A DNA stretch of 64,000 bases, taken from positions 1,426,001 to 1,490,000 of the forward strand of contig JAGIQG010000043.1 of assembly GCA_024679065.1 (NCBI GenBank), read 5' to 3'. Of this stretch, positions 52,985 through 64,000 are shown piece by piece. The notes under the pieces were generated by a model. It was not told the DNA's origin. It saw only the letters and a program-made list of their open reading frames with translations, and did no database searches. The translations under genes and the position numbers were made by a program. How positions within the stretch are numbered: the first letter of the stretch is position 1; each line of letters begins with the position of its first letter. Origin of the DNA: Sphyrna mokarran. Its lineage: Eukaryota.

Positions 52985-54830
52985 TTCAACAGGACACAGA
53001 AGATAGGCGAAAGAGGGAGAGAAAGAGAGATGGAGAGAGACTTGACAGATATCTCATAGGGAGCCTCTAGAATAGGAGTGAAATGACTATATAGATTGCA
53101 AAGGGAGAGCTCCATAGATGAAACAGAAAACTTGTGGAACTTCGGTGAAACACCACACAGATACACACATGAACAGGTCTCAAACAGAATCGTTCAGAAT
53201 CGGAATGAAAAACAGAAACAAATGAGAATGATATAATCCCGAAAAAATAATGTAGAAAAAGATTAAACTGAGACAGAGCTACAGGAAAGTGGAGAGACAG
53301 AGATGGAAATTTCGGTGGAGCACAATATAACTGAGACAGGAAAACAAGAGAGAAAGTTCACTGGCACAATCAATAGAAGGAGGCAGAGAGAAAGACAGCG
53401 AGAGAGAAAGCGACGAAGGGACAGAAAAAAAGAGATAAATGCAGAGAGTGTGATGGAAACACTGAGAGAGAAAAGGTAACTTCTCCTGCATTAGGAGACA
53501 TTTGCATGGATAGCGAGAAAGAGAAAGAAGAACAGAGAATGAGGCAAAGAGAAAGAGAGAGAGATAGAGGGAGAGAAACAGTTCCGACAGAGAACCTTTA
53601 AATAAGCAGAGAAGTAGAGAGACGGATTGACAGAAGGAGATATTCATAAACACAACTGAACTTTGATATAACTCTCTTTACAGAGACACAATTAGAACTA
53701 TAGACAGAGGAAACAAACAAAGAAGAATAAAGAACAAAACAGCACAGGAAACAGGCCCTTCGGCCCAACGACCCCGTGCCGCCACCCCGATGTTCCCACC
53801 TCTACCCGCGATCCCTGTCCATGTTTACAGATCTATGGATTAAAAAACAAATTTGAGACAATTTAGGGGGAATTTCATTTCCCAATTAGCCGAAGAGGAC
53901 ATCTTTGGGATGTGGGAGGAAACCGGAACACCCGGACAAAACCCATGCAAGCACGGGGAGAATACGCAAACTCCCACAGAGACAGGCCCAAATCCACGTA
54001 TCTGCACAGCACAGCGATAGTCACTGAGCTGTCGTGTTGCCCATCAAATGATCCAGGTCAAGCGTACACTAACGACGTGAAGCACTAGAACACTCTCGAA
54101 AAAAAAATCCAAGAGCAGCCCTCTCACAACCCATCGCGTGCATGCCCCTTGTTAGACGACAAGGTGGACCAAAACACCTGTAGGATTAAAACAAGTACAT
54201 CAATATCATCATCTATTTACACACTTCCCAGGGACTCCCAAGGCTCGTGATCCCTATTTTAGATCAGTTTTCTATACCCCTCCATTCCCATTGTGCTCAT
54301 GTGTCCATCTAAGTATTTCTTAAATAACTCCAGATTGTTCAACTCGGATTGGAATAGAGAGAGAGTGGAAGAATGCCATCGTGTGAAACAGACATGGTAA
54401 GGGAGAAAAAAAGACAGAGTAATCGATTTACATGAAGAGACACAGGTCAATATTTAAATGTGGAACCATCTAATTAGGACAGAGAAGGACAGGCAGTGAT
54501 AGAGCCATTACTATAAGAATCAAAAGAGAGACCGAGGGAGAGATGGAACGAGAGACAGAGAGAGAGAGAGAGAGAGAAAGGAAGAATGTCTCTCTCTTTC
54601 TGCCGAGACCTCATTGTCGCGATGTCACGCTCTGACTGTTTGACGTACTGATAGAGAAAAAAAAAAGTTTTTTTTTCTGCGCTGGAGCATAATTGCATGG
54701 TTTAAGAGAGCAGGAGACAAGGGGTAGGTGGGTCTTCAGTTGCACAGAAAGAAACAGGTAGGGAGAAAGAGAACATATTTCGCATCAAAGTATTAACTGA
54801 GAGGAAGAGAAGTAGACATGTGAAGGGATA
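52985..54830. repeat. Purine-rich (GA/AGAG) low-complexity intronic tract, split by the B element
   Basis: Strong strand asymmetry, with (GA)n near 54550-54578. Confidence 0.75.
53722..54333 (-). mobile_element. CR1 subfamily B 3'UTR copy inside the GA-rich intron 3 of the VJ-C1 gene
   Basis: Near-identical to 31502-32260 without the inner insert. Confidence 0.85.
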
Positions 54831-55332
54831 AATGCCTGACTAAAGCATATTACTATAAAATCTCCCAGTAATGTAATGTCACGTTTCAACATCACGCATT
54901 GCCCCTAAATTCCAACTATGTCAATATTGTCTAGTCAAACAGAAGAACATAGGCAATAAACGCAGCAGAAGACCATACGTCCCTGCATGTCTCTTCGCTA
55001 TGTAATAACATCATGGTTCATATTTTACAGAGCTTCATTTTCCCGCCTGCAACCTCAATCCATTAATCCACCATTGCCTACAACGCTGTCTCACTGACAG
55101 AACTTCTACAACTCTCAAAGATACAGAAGAGAAGAGGTATATTTTCAAAAAGGGAAACACTTCTTGGACTGGTGTGTGATAGACTGATGGTGAATTGGAA
55201 TTATAGAATCATAGAAACCTTATTGTGCAGAAGAAGGCAGTTTGGCCCAGTGACTATGCACTGACAACAATGCTAACCAATCCCGATCATACAATATCCC
55301 TGGGTGATTACAATGTTAATCCCTCTGACATG

Positions 55333-55558
55333 GATGTGGAGATGCCGTCGTTGGACTACGCTAAACACAGTAAGAGTTCTCACCATCCCAAGTTAATGCC
55401 CAACAGGTTAAAGTCCAATAGTTCAACAGGACATCTCTGTGATCAGAACTCTCCACTCACCTGACAAAGCATCAGAGCTCTGAAAGTAGTGGCTATTGCT
55501 ACCAAATAAACCTGTTGGACTTTAACCTGGTGTTGTGAGACTTTTTATTGTGTACCCC
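55333..55558. mobile_element. Short element with inverted arms (Penelope-like terminus or MITE-like); related copy at ~46747-47000
   Basis: CAGGTTAAAGTCCAA at ~55404 and its reverse complement TTGGACTTTAACCTG at ~55515. The shared head is ATGTGGAGATGCCG.CGTTGGACT. Confidence 0.55.
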
Positions 55559-55803
55559 TCTGACACTCAAGGGCAATTCAACATGGCCAATCCACCTACC
55601 CGTACATCTTTGGGCACTAATGGACAATGTAGCATGGTCAACCCAACTAATCTTCAGACTATGTGAACAAACTAGATCACCCCGAGGAAATCCATGCAGA
55701 CATGGGGAGAATTTGCAGACTCCACACAATGACCCGAGGCTAGAATTGAACCTGGGTCTCTGGTCCTGTGAACCAGCAGAGCTAACCATTATGCCACCAT
55801 GCA

Positions 55804-57503
55804 TGAACAAATATTTCTCTTCGGTATTCACGCAGGGAGATGTAAATTTAGTTGTGGAGAACACTGGGATACAGGGTTGCAAACTGGAAAGTATTGAAGT
55901 AGATAAGGAGGATGTGCTAGATATTCTTGAGGGTTTGAAGTTAGTTAAGTCCCCTGGGCCGGACGGGATTTACCCTAGGATTCTCTGGGAGGCGAGAGAG
56001 GAGATTGCAGAGCTCTGGCTCTGATCTTCAGGTCGTCGTTGGTTACGGGTATAGTGCCGGAAGACTGGAGGATAGCGAATGTGGTCCCATTGTTCAAGAA
56101 GGGGAAGAGAGATTTTCCGGGGAATTATAGGCCGGTGAGTCTTACTTCTGTTGTGGGCAAAGTATTGGAGAGAATTATTAGGGATAGGATTTATAGTTAT
56201 TTAGAGAGAAATGAATTGATTGGGGATAGTCAGCATGGTTTTGTGAAGGGTAGGTCGTGCCTTACTAACCTCATTGAGTTTTTTGAAAAAAGTGACCAAA
56301 GAGGTGGATGGGGGTAAGGCAGTTGATGTGGTATATATGGACTTTAGTAAGGCGTTCGATAAGGTGGCCCATGGAAGGCTTCTGCAGAAAATGCAGATGT
56401 ATGGGATTGAGGGTGATTTAGCTAATTGGATTAGGAATTGGCTAGCAGATAGAAGACAGAGGGTGGTGGTTGATGGGAGATATTCATCGTGGAGTTCGGT
56501 GACAAGTGGTGTACCTCAGGGGTCTGTTTTGGGGCCCCTGCTGTTTGTAATTTTTTATAAATGATCTGGATGAGGGTATTGAAGGATGGATTAGTAAATT
56601 TGCAGATGACACTAAAGTCGGTGGAGTGGTAGATAGTGAAGAGGGGTGTTATAGTTTGCAGAGAGACTTGGACAAGTTGCAGAGCTGGGCCGGGAGGTGG
56701 CAAATGGAGTTTAATGTGGAAAAGTGTGAGGTAATTCACTTTGGCAGGAATAACAAATGTGTAGAGTATAGGGCTAATGTTAGGACTCTTAATAGTGTTG
56801 ATGAACAGAGGGATCTTGGTGTATGTGTGCATAGATCCCTGAAAGTTGGCAATCAAGTCGATAAGGTTGTTAAGAAGGCATATGGAGTCTTAGCTTTTAT
56901 TGGTAGGGGGATTGAATTTCGGAGCCCCAACGTCATGTTGCAACTGTACAAAATTCTAGTGCGGCCGCACTTGGAGTATTGTGTACAGTTCAGGTCCTCG
57001 CATTATAAGAAAGATGTGGAGGCATTGGAGAGGGTACAGAGGAGGTTTACCAGGATGTTGCCTGGTATGGAAGGCAGGTCTTATGAAGAGATGCTGAGGG
57101 ATTTGAGGTTGTTTTCGTTAGAAAGAAGGCGGCTAAGAGGAGACCTTATTGAAACATATAAGATGATTAGAAGTTTAGATAGGGTGGACAGTGATAGCCT
57201 TTTTCCTAGGATGGAGAAAGCTAGGACGAGGGGACATAGCTTTAAATTAAGGGGTGGTGGTTTTAGGACAGATGTCAGAGGTAGGTTCTATACCCAGAGG
57301 GTGATAAGGGTATGGAATGCCTTGCCTGCGTCAGTTGTAGATGCGCCAAGTTTGGTGGCGTTTGAGAGATTAGTAAATAAGTTTATGGATGAAAAGGGAA
57401 TGGTTTAGGTTAGAGGGTCACTGCTTGTCCCTAATTGGTCGGCGCAACATCGAAGGCCGAAGGGCCTGTTCTACGCTGTAATGTTCTATGTTCTATATTC
57501 TAT
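55804..57503 (+). mobile_element. CR1 LINE subfamily A-related copy, antisense in intron 3 of the VJ-C1 gene
   Basis: KSPGPDG, NYRPVSLT, DFSKAFDK, FADD and ..DEKGMV*, with frameshifts and a tail. Confidence 0.93.
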
Positions 57504-57624
57504 GCTGTCAATTTCCACACAGCCAAAATGGGAAATAAGGACACTTGTAACTTATAAGGGCCATTCTTGGTAAGGCCTCAGCAAACACTAAATAGATGCA
57601 TGAGCGATCATTGTGAATCTCTAC

Positions 57625-57930
57625 CTCCTTGAGATGAGACGCTTTCACTCAGAAGATGATCACCGGAGTTGAATTGAACGGTGCAAGTACAGCGAGCCCC
57701 GCTGCTCCAGGTTTCCGCCGAGATGCTGATGTAACTCCTGATGGTGTACGTCCCGTCCGGTTCTACTGTCCCGAAATCTGTCTGACAATCGGTATCCGAC
57801 TTGGCAACGTTCCAGCGGACAGAAAAGGAATCGGGAGACACAGCTCTGACCAAACACAACAATGGAATCCTTTCCATGGCGGGAATCTCATCCAAATGCG
57901 GAGTGAGGAGGAAGATGATGGGAGGACCCG
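57625..57930 (-). CDS. VJ-C1 receptor exon 3: C1-set Ig constant domain
   Basis: Acceptor gatttag, donor GGAG|GTAGAG, 306 nt, phase 1-1. The translation GPPIIFLLTP..LLCLV..VRW..EPDGTYTIRSYISI..ETWSSG..CTCTV matches C1-set motifs of Ig/TCR/MHC (PxVxxLxP, LxCLV, DGTY, xWxxG). Confidence 0.92.
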
Positions 57931-58108
57931 CTAAATCGAGTGAATAAAACGGAGAACCAATTAACTAAAGGTTTTTCATCGTAACTTTATTTCATTATTC
58001 ATGGAGGCAATTTGTGACATTCATGGAAACAGTTTAAACTCGAGCAATTGGAGAAGGAAACGTTTTTACGTGGTATTCATATGTAATTTTAATGAAAAAC
58101 AAATGCAC

Positions 58109-58447
58109 CTGTGATCACTAACTTGGATCCGTTTCCGAATATCAATGCTGTCATGACGTCATTGCGCATTGCACAGTAGTACATTCCAGAATCGTTTCTC
58201 TGGGCATCCGCAATGATCAGTGAATAATTGTCCTCTTTCTCAGAAATCTCACTGGAAAACCTCCCCTTCGCTGGGAGGTGCTTGCTGGTGGTGTAAACCA
58301 GACTCATGTCACTGAGCCCTGTCTTTCTGTACCACGATACGAAACCAGTCCCTAAGACTGAGATGTGACAGGTGAGTGTGACACGACTCCCCACTGGGAG
58401 TGTCTGAACCGGCGGAGACTGGGACATGATGGACTGAGACACTGAAG
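58109..58447 (-). CDS. VJ-C1 receptor exon 2: V-set Ig domain with germline-contiguous J-like segment
   Basis: Acceptor ctctctttcccag, donor ACAG|GTGCAT, 339 nt, phase 1-1. V hallmarks are VTLTC, VSWYR, GRFS and SLII..DSGMYYC, followed by the J motif FGNGSKLVIT in the same exon. Confidence 0.93.
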
Positions 58448-59399
58448 CTGGGAAAGAGAGAGAAAACGCTTGTCAGGTTATAGAGCATTCCCCCATTCAA
58501 CAAAGATATATCCATGTTTTTTTTTCTTTCTCAAAAACTGGGGCTGTACAATTATAACGGCGTTGTTTGTGACATTGACTGCGCCATTTTCAAGCTCACA
58601 TTCTAAAAGCGGAATCCGACTCCATACTCCCGTAAATCTGTTTGAAACACTCGGGTGAACATAAGAACATAAGAAATAGGAGCAGGAGTAGGCCAGCTAG
58701 CCTTTCGAACCTGCCTCGCCATTCAATAAGATCATGGCTGATCTAAAGTGGATCAGTTCCACTTTCCCGCTTTCTCCCCATAACCTTTATTTCCCTTGTT
58801 TATCAGAAATCTAAATGTCCGTGACGTAGCCTCTACCACTTCAATGGGCAAGTTATTATTATTTCACATTTCTTATTATTTATTCATGGTGAGCGTTTAT
58901 TGCCTATCCCTGGTTACTCTTGAGATTCAACTACATTGCTATAGTTGTTGTAAAATCACCTGTGGGGCAGAGTTCATTGCCTAAAATTCATTATTGATTT
59001 TTTTTTTCTCTGACAATGGAGAATGGTATCATCAGTAAATACTTAATTCCAGATATTTGTGAATATAACAATTTAAAGAACTTGTACAAAACAACATTTT
59101 TCAATGAATATTTCCTCTTATCAATGCTTTGTCTTTTTTTTCTTCCCCGTTAACTTTGGGTGCTTAACTTTTATCCATATTTGATGACTTGACCTAACAT
59201 TCTAATTTACAAAAAGCCCTCCTGTCTCCAAATGCCCACGCTGTTAATGGAGATCTTCACATTTTTATCGTCGGACAGATGACATTGAAACTGGACCCTT
59301 AGTACAATGTTGGCTTTGGGTGAGTGTTGGCGTGGAGTTTGCATGTTTCCCCGTGTCTGTGTGGGTTTCCTCCATTATGGTCTGGTTTTACCCACACTC

Positions 59400-59850
59400 C
59401 AAAATGTACGGGTTCGATTGATTAGACACCTTAAATTGCCATTTTGTGTCTCAAAATGTGTAGGCTAGATAGATTGGCCATGCTAACTTATCGCCCCTTA
59501 TCGTTCAAAGATACATGATTAGATGGATTGGCCATTCTAAACTGCCTCGTTGTGTCCAAAGATGTGTAGGTTTGGTGGATTGGCCATGTTAAATTGCCTC
59601 TTAGTGACTCATATGTATGGAGTAAGTGAATTGACCATGCTAAATTGCCCTCAGTGTCCGAGGACGTACATACATTTAGCGGGTTAGTAACGCTAAATTG
59701 GTTCCTAGTGTCCAAAGATGTGCACGCTGACTGGATTAGTCATTTTGCATTGTACTTAGCGTCTAATGATGTGTAGGTGAGCTGGATTGGCCAGGCTAAA
59801 TTGTCCTTTAGATCCAGAGACTTGTAGGTTCGGGAGATTGACAATGTTAA
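59400..59850 (+). repeat. Tandem ~50-bp expansion inside an HE1-like SINE (intron 1)
   Basis: Repeated unit TCCAAAGATGTGTAGGTTAG..GATTGGCCATGCTAAATTGCC. Confidence 0.8.
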
Positions 59851-60289
59851 ATTATTTAAATCTCTTAGCGTTGGCGAGCTTATCAGGGTAAATGTATTGA
59901 GCTTTGGGATAGACCGGTTGTCAATGCAAGCTAGTTGGGCGGATGGTCTCTTTATAATCTGTAGGCACCCTATGATTTTAAATCAGCCTATCTCAACTTC
60001 ATTAATCAATATTGATTGACACACAACATTAACCACGATGTTGTCTATATTTGCTTCTTTTTTTCAAGATGAAACTTTGTGCTGAATTACACGTTATTTC
60101 ACTGCACAACACAATTGGAGACTATTCCACCCCTCGTGCTTCTGCTGGACCTTTGACAGAATTACCAAATTAAATCCCTCCTCTTTCTTCTTGTTTCCCC
60201 AAATTCCTTGCAATTTTTGCCCGCTTCAGGTATTTATCCAAATCTCCCTTTTCAATGGTCTTACTGAATATCCTTCCATTTCGCAATAT

Positions 60290-60800
60290 AGAATCATAGA
60301 ATCTTATAAACCCTATCGTACAGAAAGAGGGCATTCGGGCCATCGAGTCTGCAACGACCACAATCCCAACCAGGCCCTTTCCCGACATATTTTACACCTA
60401 ATCCCTCTAACCTACGCATCTCAGGAAACTAAGAGGCAATTTTAGCATGTCCAATCAACTTAACCGACACATCTTTAAACTGTACGGATTCGATAGGCTC
60501 TTGTGGATTTAATAGGCTCTTTTTGGTGACTTCAGGGTGAGTACATGGGACTTAGTAAGATTGAGGGTTGTAGGTGTGCCTATTAGGTAGAGATATGTCC
60601 GGCGCAACTTGTGGGCCTAAGGGCCAGTTTGTGCTGAAGCTTTTCTATGTTCTATGAAACTGGAGCACCCGGTGGAAACCCAGACAGAGATGAGGAGAAT
60701 GTGGAAACTCCACACAGACAGTGAACAGAGCAGGGAATTGAAACTGGGTCCCTGGAGCTGTGAAGCAGCGGTGCTAACCACACTGCTACCGTGCCGCCCA
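60290..60800 (-). mobile_element. HE1-like SINE interrupted by a CR1 subfamily C 3' tip (~60485-60657), in intron 1 of the VJ-C1 gene
   Basis: The head GGGCGGCACGGTAGC lies at 60800 on the - strand, and the SINE halves flank the insert. Confidence 0.8.
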
Positions 60801-60965
60801 AATAATGTGTATTAAATCACTCTTCGGTCTCCCAATATGTTATTTGTGCCAATGTTCTTCAATCTGCGACTCGCTACTTACTCACCCTCAGAGGAAGTAG
60901 TATTCCCTTATTTATTCTACCGAAATGCATATCCATTCAATCTAAATTTATCAAGGAGATCTCAC

Positions 60966-61008
60966 CCTGGAGGAGAAGGAACAACGCACAAATGTCAAGG
61001 AAGCCCAT
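60966..61008 (-). CDS. VJ-C1 receptor exon 1: signal peptide MGFLDICALFLLLQ (phase-1 end)
   Basis: On the - strand, ACAATGG (good Kozak context) is followed by a 14-codon hydrophobic leader and the donor CAGG|GTGAGA. It joins in frame to the V exon, giving ...LLLQ-ASVSQSIMSQSP. Confidence 0.85.
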
Positions 61009-61084
61009 TGTAGTTGATCCAGGCAGTGGGTCTCCGAATCCCAAATATGGATCTCGCTGACCAATTTTATTGTCCTCTCTAACT

Positions 61085-61230
61085 GAAGCAGTTGTGAAAT
61101 ATGCAGAGTGAATGTTCTGTGTTTATTAATAAGCACACTATTGGCGTTAGAAAATAGAACTGAGGTAGAACGTTCTCTGCGGTTTTCCTGTTTACTAGAG
61201 TTTGGCACGCCATCAGCATGTATGCAAAAG
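61085..61230 (-). promoter_or_regulatory. Putative proximal promoter of the VJ-C1 gene: RUNX site plus FOX:ETS composite, E-box and AT-rich box
   Basis: TGCGGT (61178-61183) abuts TTCCTGTTTAC (61185-61195; reverse complement GTAAACAGGAA). There is a CAGTTG E-box near 61090 and a TTATTAATAA box near 61123. All are in non-repetitive DNA within ~190 bp upstream of the ATG. Confidence 0.4.
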
Positions 61231-64000
61231 GCCATCCATATCTACCCATATCGGTGAAACCAGACTGGGAGTACAGAGTGTGGGACTTCCAAAGCCAAAG
61301 GAAATGTTGTTCTAAATGCTTCGCAATACTTTATACCTGAACTGATGTCTTCTCACTATTAATGAGTATTGAATAGGCTGGAGCTCTTCTCTCTGAAATG
61401 AATGAAGATTGAGGAGTGACAGGAAGGAGGCGCTTACAATTGACAAATTGCTGAAATGATAGACGTAGGATTTCAAATGAATTGGTCACCAGTTTAAGAT
61501 TTTTTAAAAATATTCACCCGTGGGACATGGGCGTCACGGCTGGCCAGCATTTATTGCTATCCGTAGTTAGCCTTGAGAACGTGGAGGTGAGCCGCCTTCT
61601 TGAATCGATGCCGTCTATGTGCTGTGCGTTGACCCACAATGCCATCAGGGAGGGAATTCCAGAATTGTTTTTTACTCAGCGACTGCTGATGATGATATAT
61701 TTCTAAACCAGGATGGTGAGTGGCTTGGAGGCGAACTTGCAGGTGGTTGTATTCCCCATGTGTCTGCTTCCCCTTGTCTAGATGAAAGTAGTCATGGGTT
61801 TGGAAAGTACTTCGTTTGGATCTTTTGGAAATTGCTATCATGCATCTTATAGATAGCACACACTGTTGTTACTGAGCGCTGGTAGTGGATATTAGAACAT
61901 AAGACATAGGAGCAGGAGTAGGCCATCTAGCTCCCTGAGCCTGCCCCGCCATTCAATAAGATCATGGCTGATCTATTTCCGTTATTGATCATAACTCTAT
62001 CTACCCGTGCCTTAAACATATTCAACGAGGTAACTTCCACCACTTCAATGGGTGAGAATTCCAGAGATTCAGTACCCTCTGAGAGAAGTTCCTCCTCAAC
62101 TCTAAATTGACCCCCCTCCCCCTTTATTTTGAGACTGTGCTCTCTAGTTCAGGTTTCTTTCTAAGTGAAACGAATCTCTCTACCTCAACCCTATCTAGCC
62201 CGATAATTATCTTACGTGTCTCTTTAAAATCACCCCCTCAGCCAACTAAATTCTAAGGAGTACAGGCCCAGTCTCCTCAATCTCTGAACGTTTGTCGTTG
62301 TGATACTTATCAAGCTGTCTGCTTAGACTTGGGTGATGTCAAGCTTCGTGAGTGTTGTTGGAGCTGCGCTCATTCAGGCTAGAGAGGAATAATTCATTGC
62401 ATTCCTGACGTGTGCCTTGTAGTCACTAATAAATGCAATAGGGAATTCAGATGATTGGGAAAAATGTGATTCAATACGATTTGTATTGAATAAAGTCAAA
62501 AAAGCTCTGTAGGAACGATGGGAACCTAGAGGTTCATTGAAGGCAGCATACCGAGAGAGTAGTTGAAAAAGCATTTTGTATCATAGCTTTTTTTTTATTA
62601 ACAGATCCAGGGATCTGTAGGTTAGAGGGATTAGTGGGTACAATATGTAGGGATGTGGGGCAGGGCCTGAGTCGGATTGTGTTCAGTGCAGACTCGAAGA
62701 GCCTCTTTCTGCATTGTAATGTCCTACGATGATTTAATTTATGCTTATTTGAAGCATGCGGTTGCGTATTTTAATGCACGACTTTCCTTCACATAATGGA
62801 AATTCAAACGTAGAGAATAGAACTGATAATTTTAATTGCCAGAGAGGTGAGTGGCTCCACGCCAGTAATTGATCCATCTTGTCATCTTGCATCACAGGAT
62901 TAAAAAGTGTGGCTGGGAATCCTCGTGTTACCACGGACAGAATGGTCCGAATGACGTAATTTGGTGCTGTGATTTTTCTCTGGTTCGATGACTGAAGGTC
63001 TAATGTTTAGTTTTTCTTTTCATTTATTTTCCCCAGTTTCAGTGTAATGCGAAGGCAGGAAAAACGCTGCATGAAGAACGATCTTTGCCTGAACAGCTTA
63101 CAACAGCAGTATGCGAAATTCACTTTTTCCTTCTTAAGGATGAGGTAACAGAACACTTAGAAAATGTCAGCAGAATGAGACAAAGTCAACACATATTCAT
63201 GAAAAGGAAATTGCATTTGGCAAATGTAAAGCAGGGAGAGATCAATTTGATAGGTTTGGACAACAGGCCCCCAAATAGAGAGTGAGAAATTGAGGAACAC
63301 ATGTGTAAGGAGGCAAAAGATAGCTGCAACAAAATAAAAACAGGGTGGTAATAATTGAGGACTTTAACTGAGACAGCCATAGCAATTGGATGGAGAGCAA
63401 TTTGTTGAGTGTGGAGGAATTTCTCATTCACTATGTGGATGGCCCGATTAGAGAGGGAGCAACACTTGACGTCCTCTTGGGAAGTAGGGAAGGGCAGACA
63501 ACAAAAGTGTTAACGAGGGATCACTTTGAGATCAGTGACGTATTTACTATCAGCTCCTTACACTTGTACTTAATGCCTCCATTAACATATGATACAAAAT
63601 GCTTTTTCAACTACTCTCTCAACATGCTACCTTCAATGAATCTGTAGGTTCCTATTGTTCCTACAAAGTTTTTTGACGTTATTTTTTGCTGAATATCCAT
63701 ATTCGTCCTGCCAAAGATCATTGCCTCACATTTCTCTGCATTGATCGCCACATGCCACGTCGCTGCCCACTCCACTTCAGGAAGAAAGTCTACAGTACAA
63801 GAGATTTGTGAACAAAATGAGAGTGTGTGGGACTTCATGGAATGTACTGCCACTGATTGAGGGCTGGTTACCGGACCGAAAATAGAACTTAAGGACAAAT
63901 GTGTCAATGTCAGGCTGGCAGGCTTTGAAGAGTGTTTTTTGATAAGGATCAACAATGGGACCACAGCCTTTCATAATCCTTATCGGCAATCTGGACTTTG

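Noticed and set aside
58172-58200. CACAGTA heptamer-like sequence at the V-domain YYC codons
   Set aside because: It is a by-product of TAC-TGT-G coding found in most V genes, and there is no acceptable nonamer at 12 or 23 bp.
62800-63108. + strand exon-like pieces (GAG|GTGAGT donor near 62847; 72-nt open block 63037-63108)
   Set aside because: No recognisable product, a weak second donor and no assemblable model within the window.

Overview
Eukaryotic, repeat-rich genomic DNA, almost certainly from a cartilaginous fish (shark), judging by the HE1-like tRNA-derived V-SINEs and the CR1/HER1-like LINEs with (TTCTATG)n tails. Most ORFs in the track are LINE fragments or noise. Two spliced immunoglobulin-superfamily genes, which I assembled by hand from splice signals and phases, lie tail-to-tail. 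(1) On the - strand is a complete 6-exon gene (49083-61008; 912-nt CDS, 303 aa): leader, pre-joined VJ domain, C1 domain, TM, and two cytoplasmic exons ending in TLYARL. It resembles a non-rearranging, TCR/Ig-like receptor with an uncharged TM and an ITIM/ITSM-type tail. (2) On the + strand is the 3' part of a leukocyte-receptor-complex (LILR/KIR/CHIR-like) gene: three intact C2-type Ig exons, one decayed duplicate exon, and a terminal hydrophobic exon with almost no cytoplasmic tail. Its 5' end is outside the window or in the N gap. The rest is nested CR1 LINEs of at least three subfamilies, SINEs, SINE-derived minisatellites, microsatellites and one assembly gap. Repeat boundaries are approximate. 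Gene models and family assignments come from motif recognition only and have not been checked against databases or transcripts.
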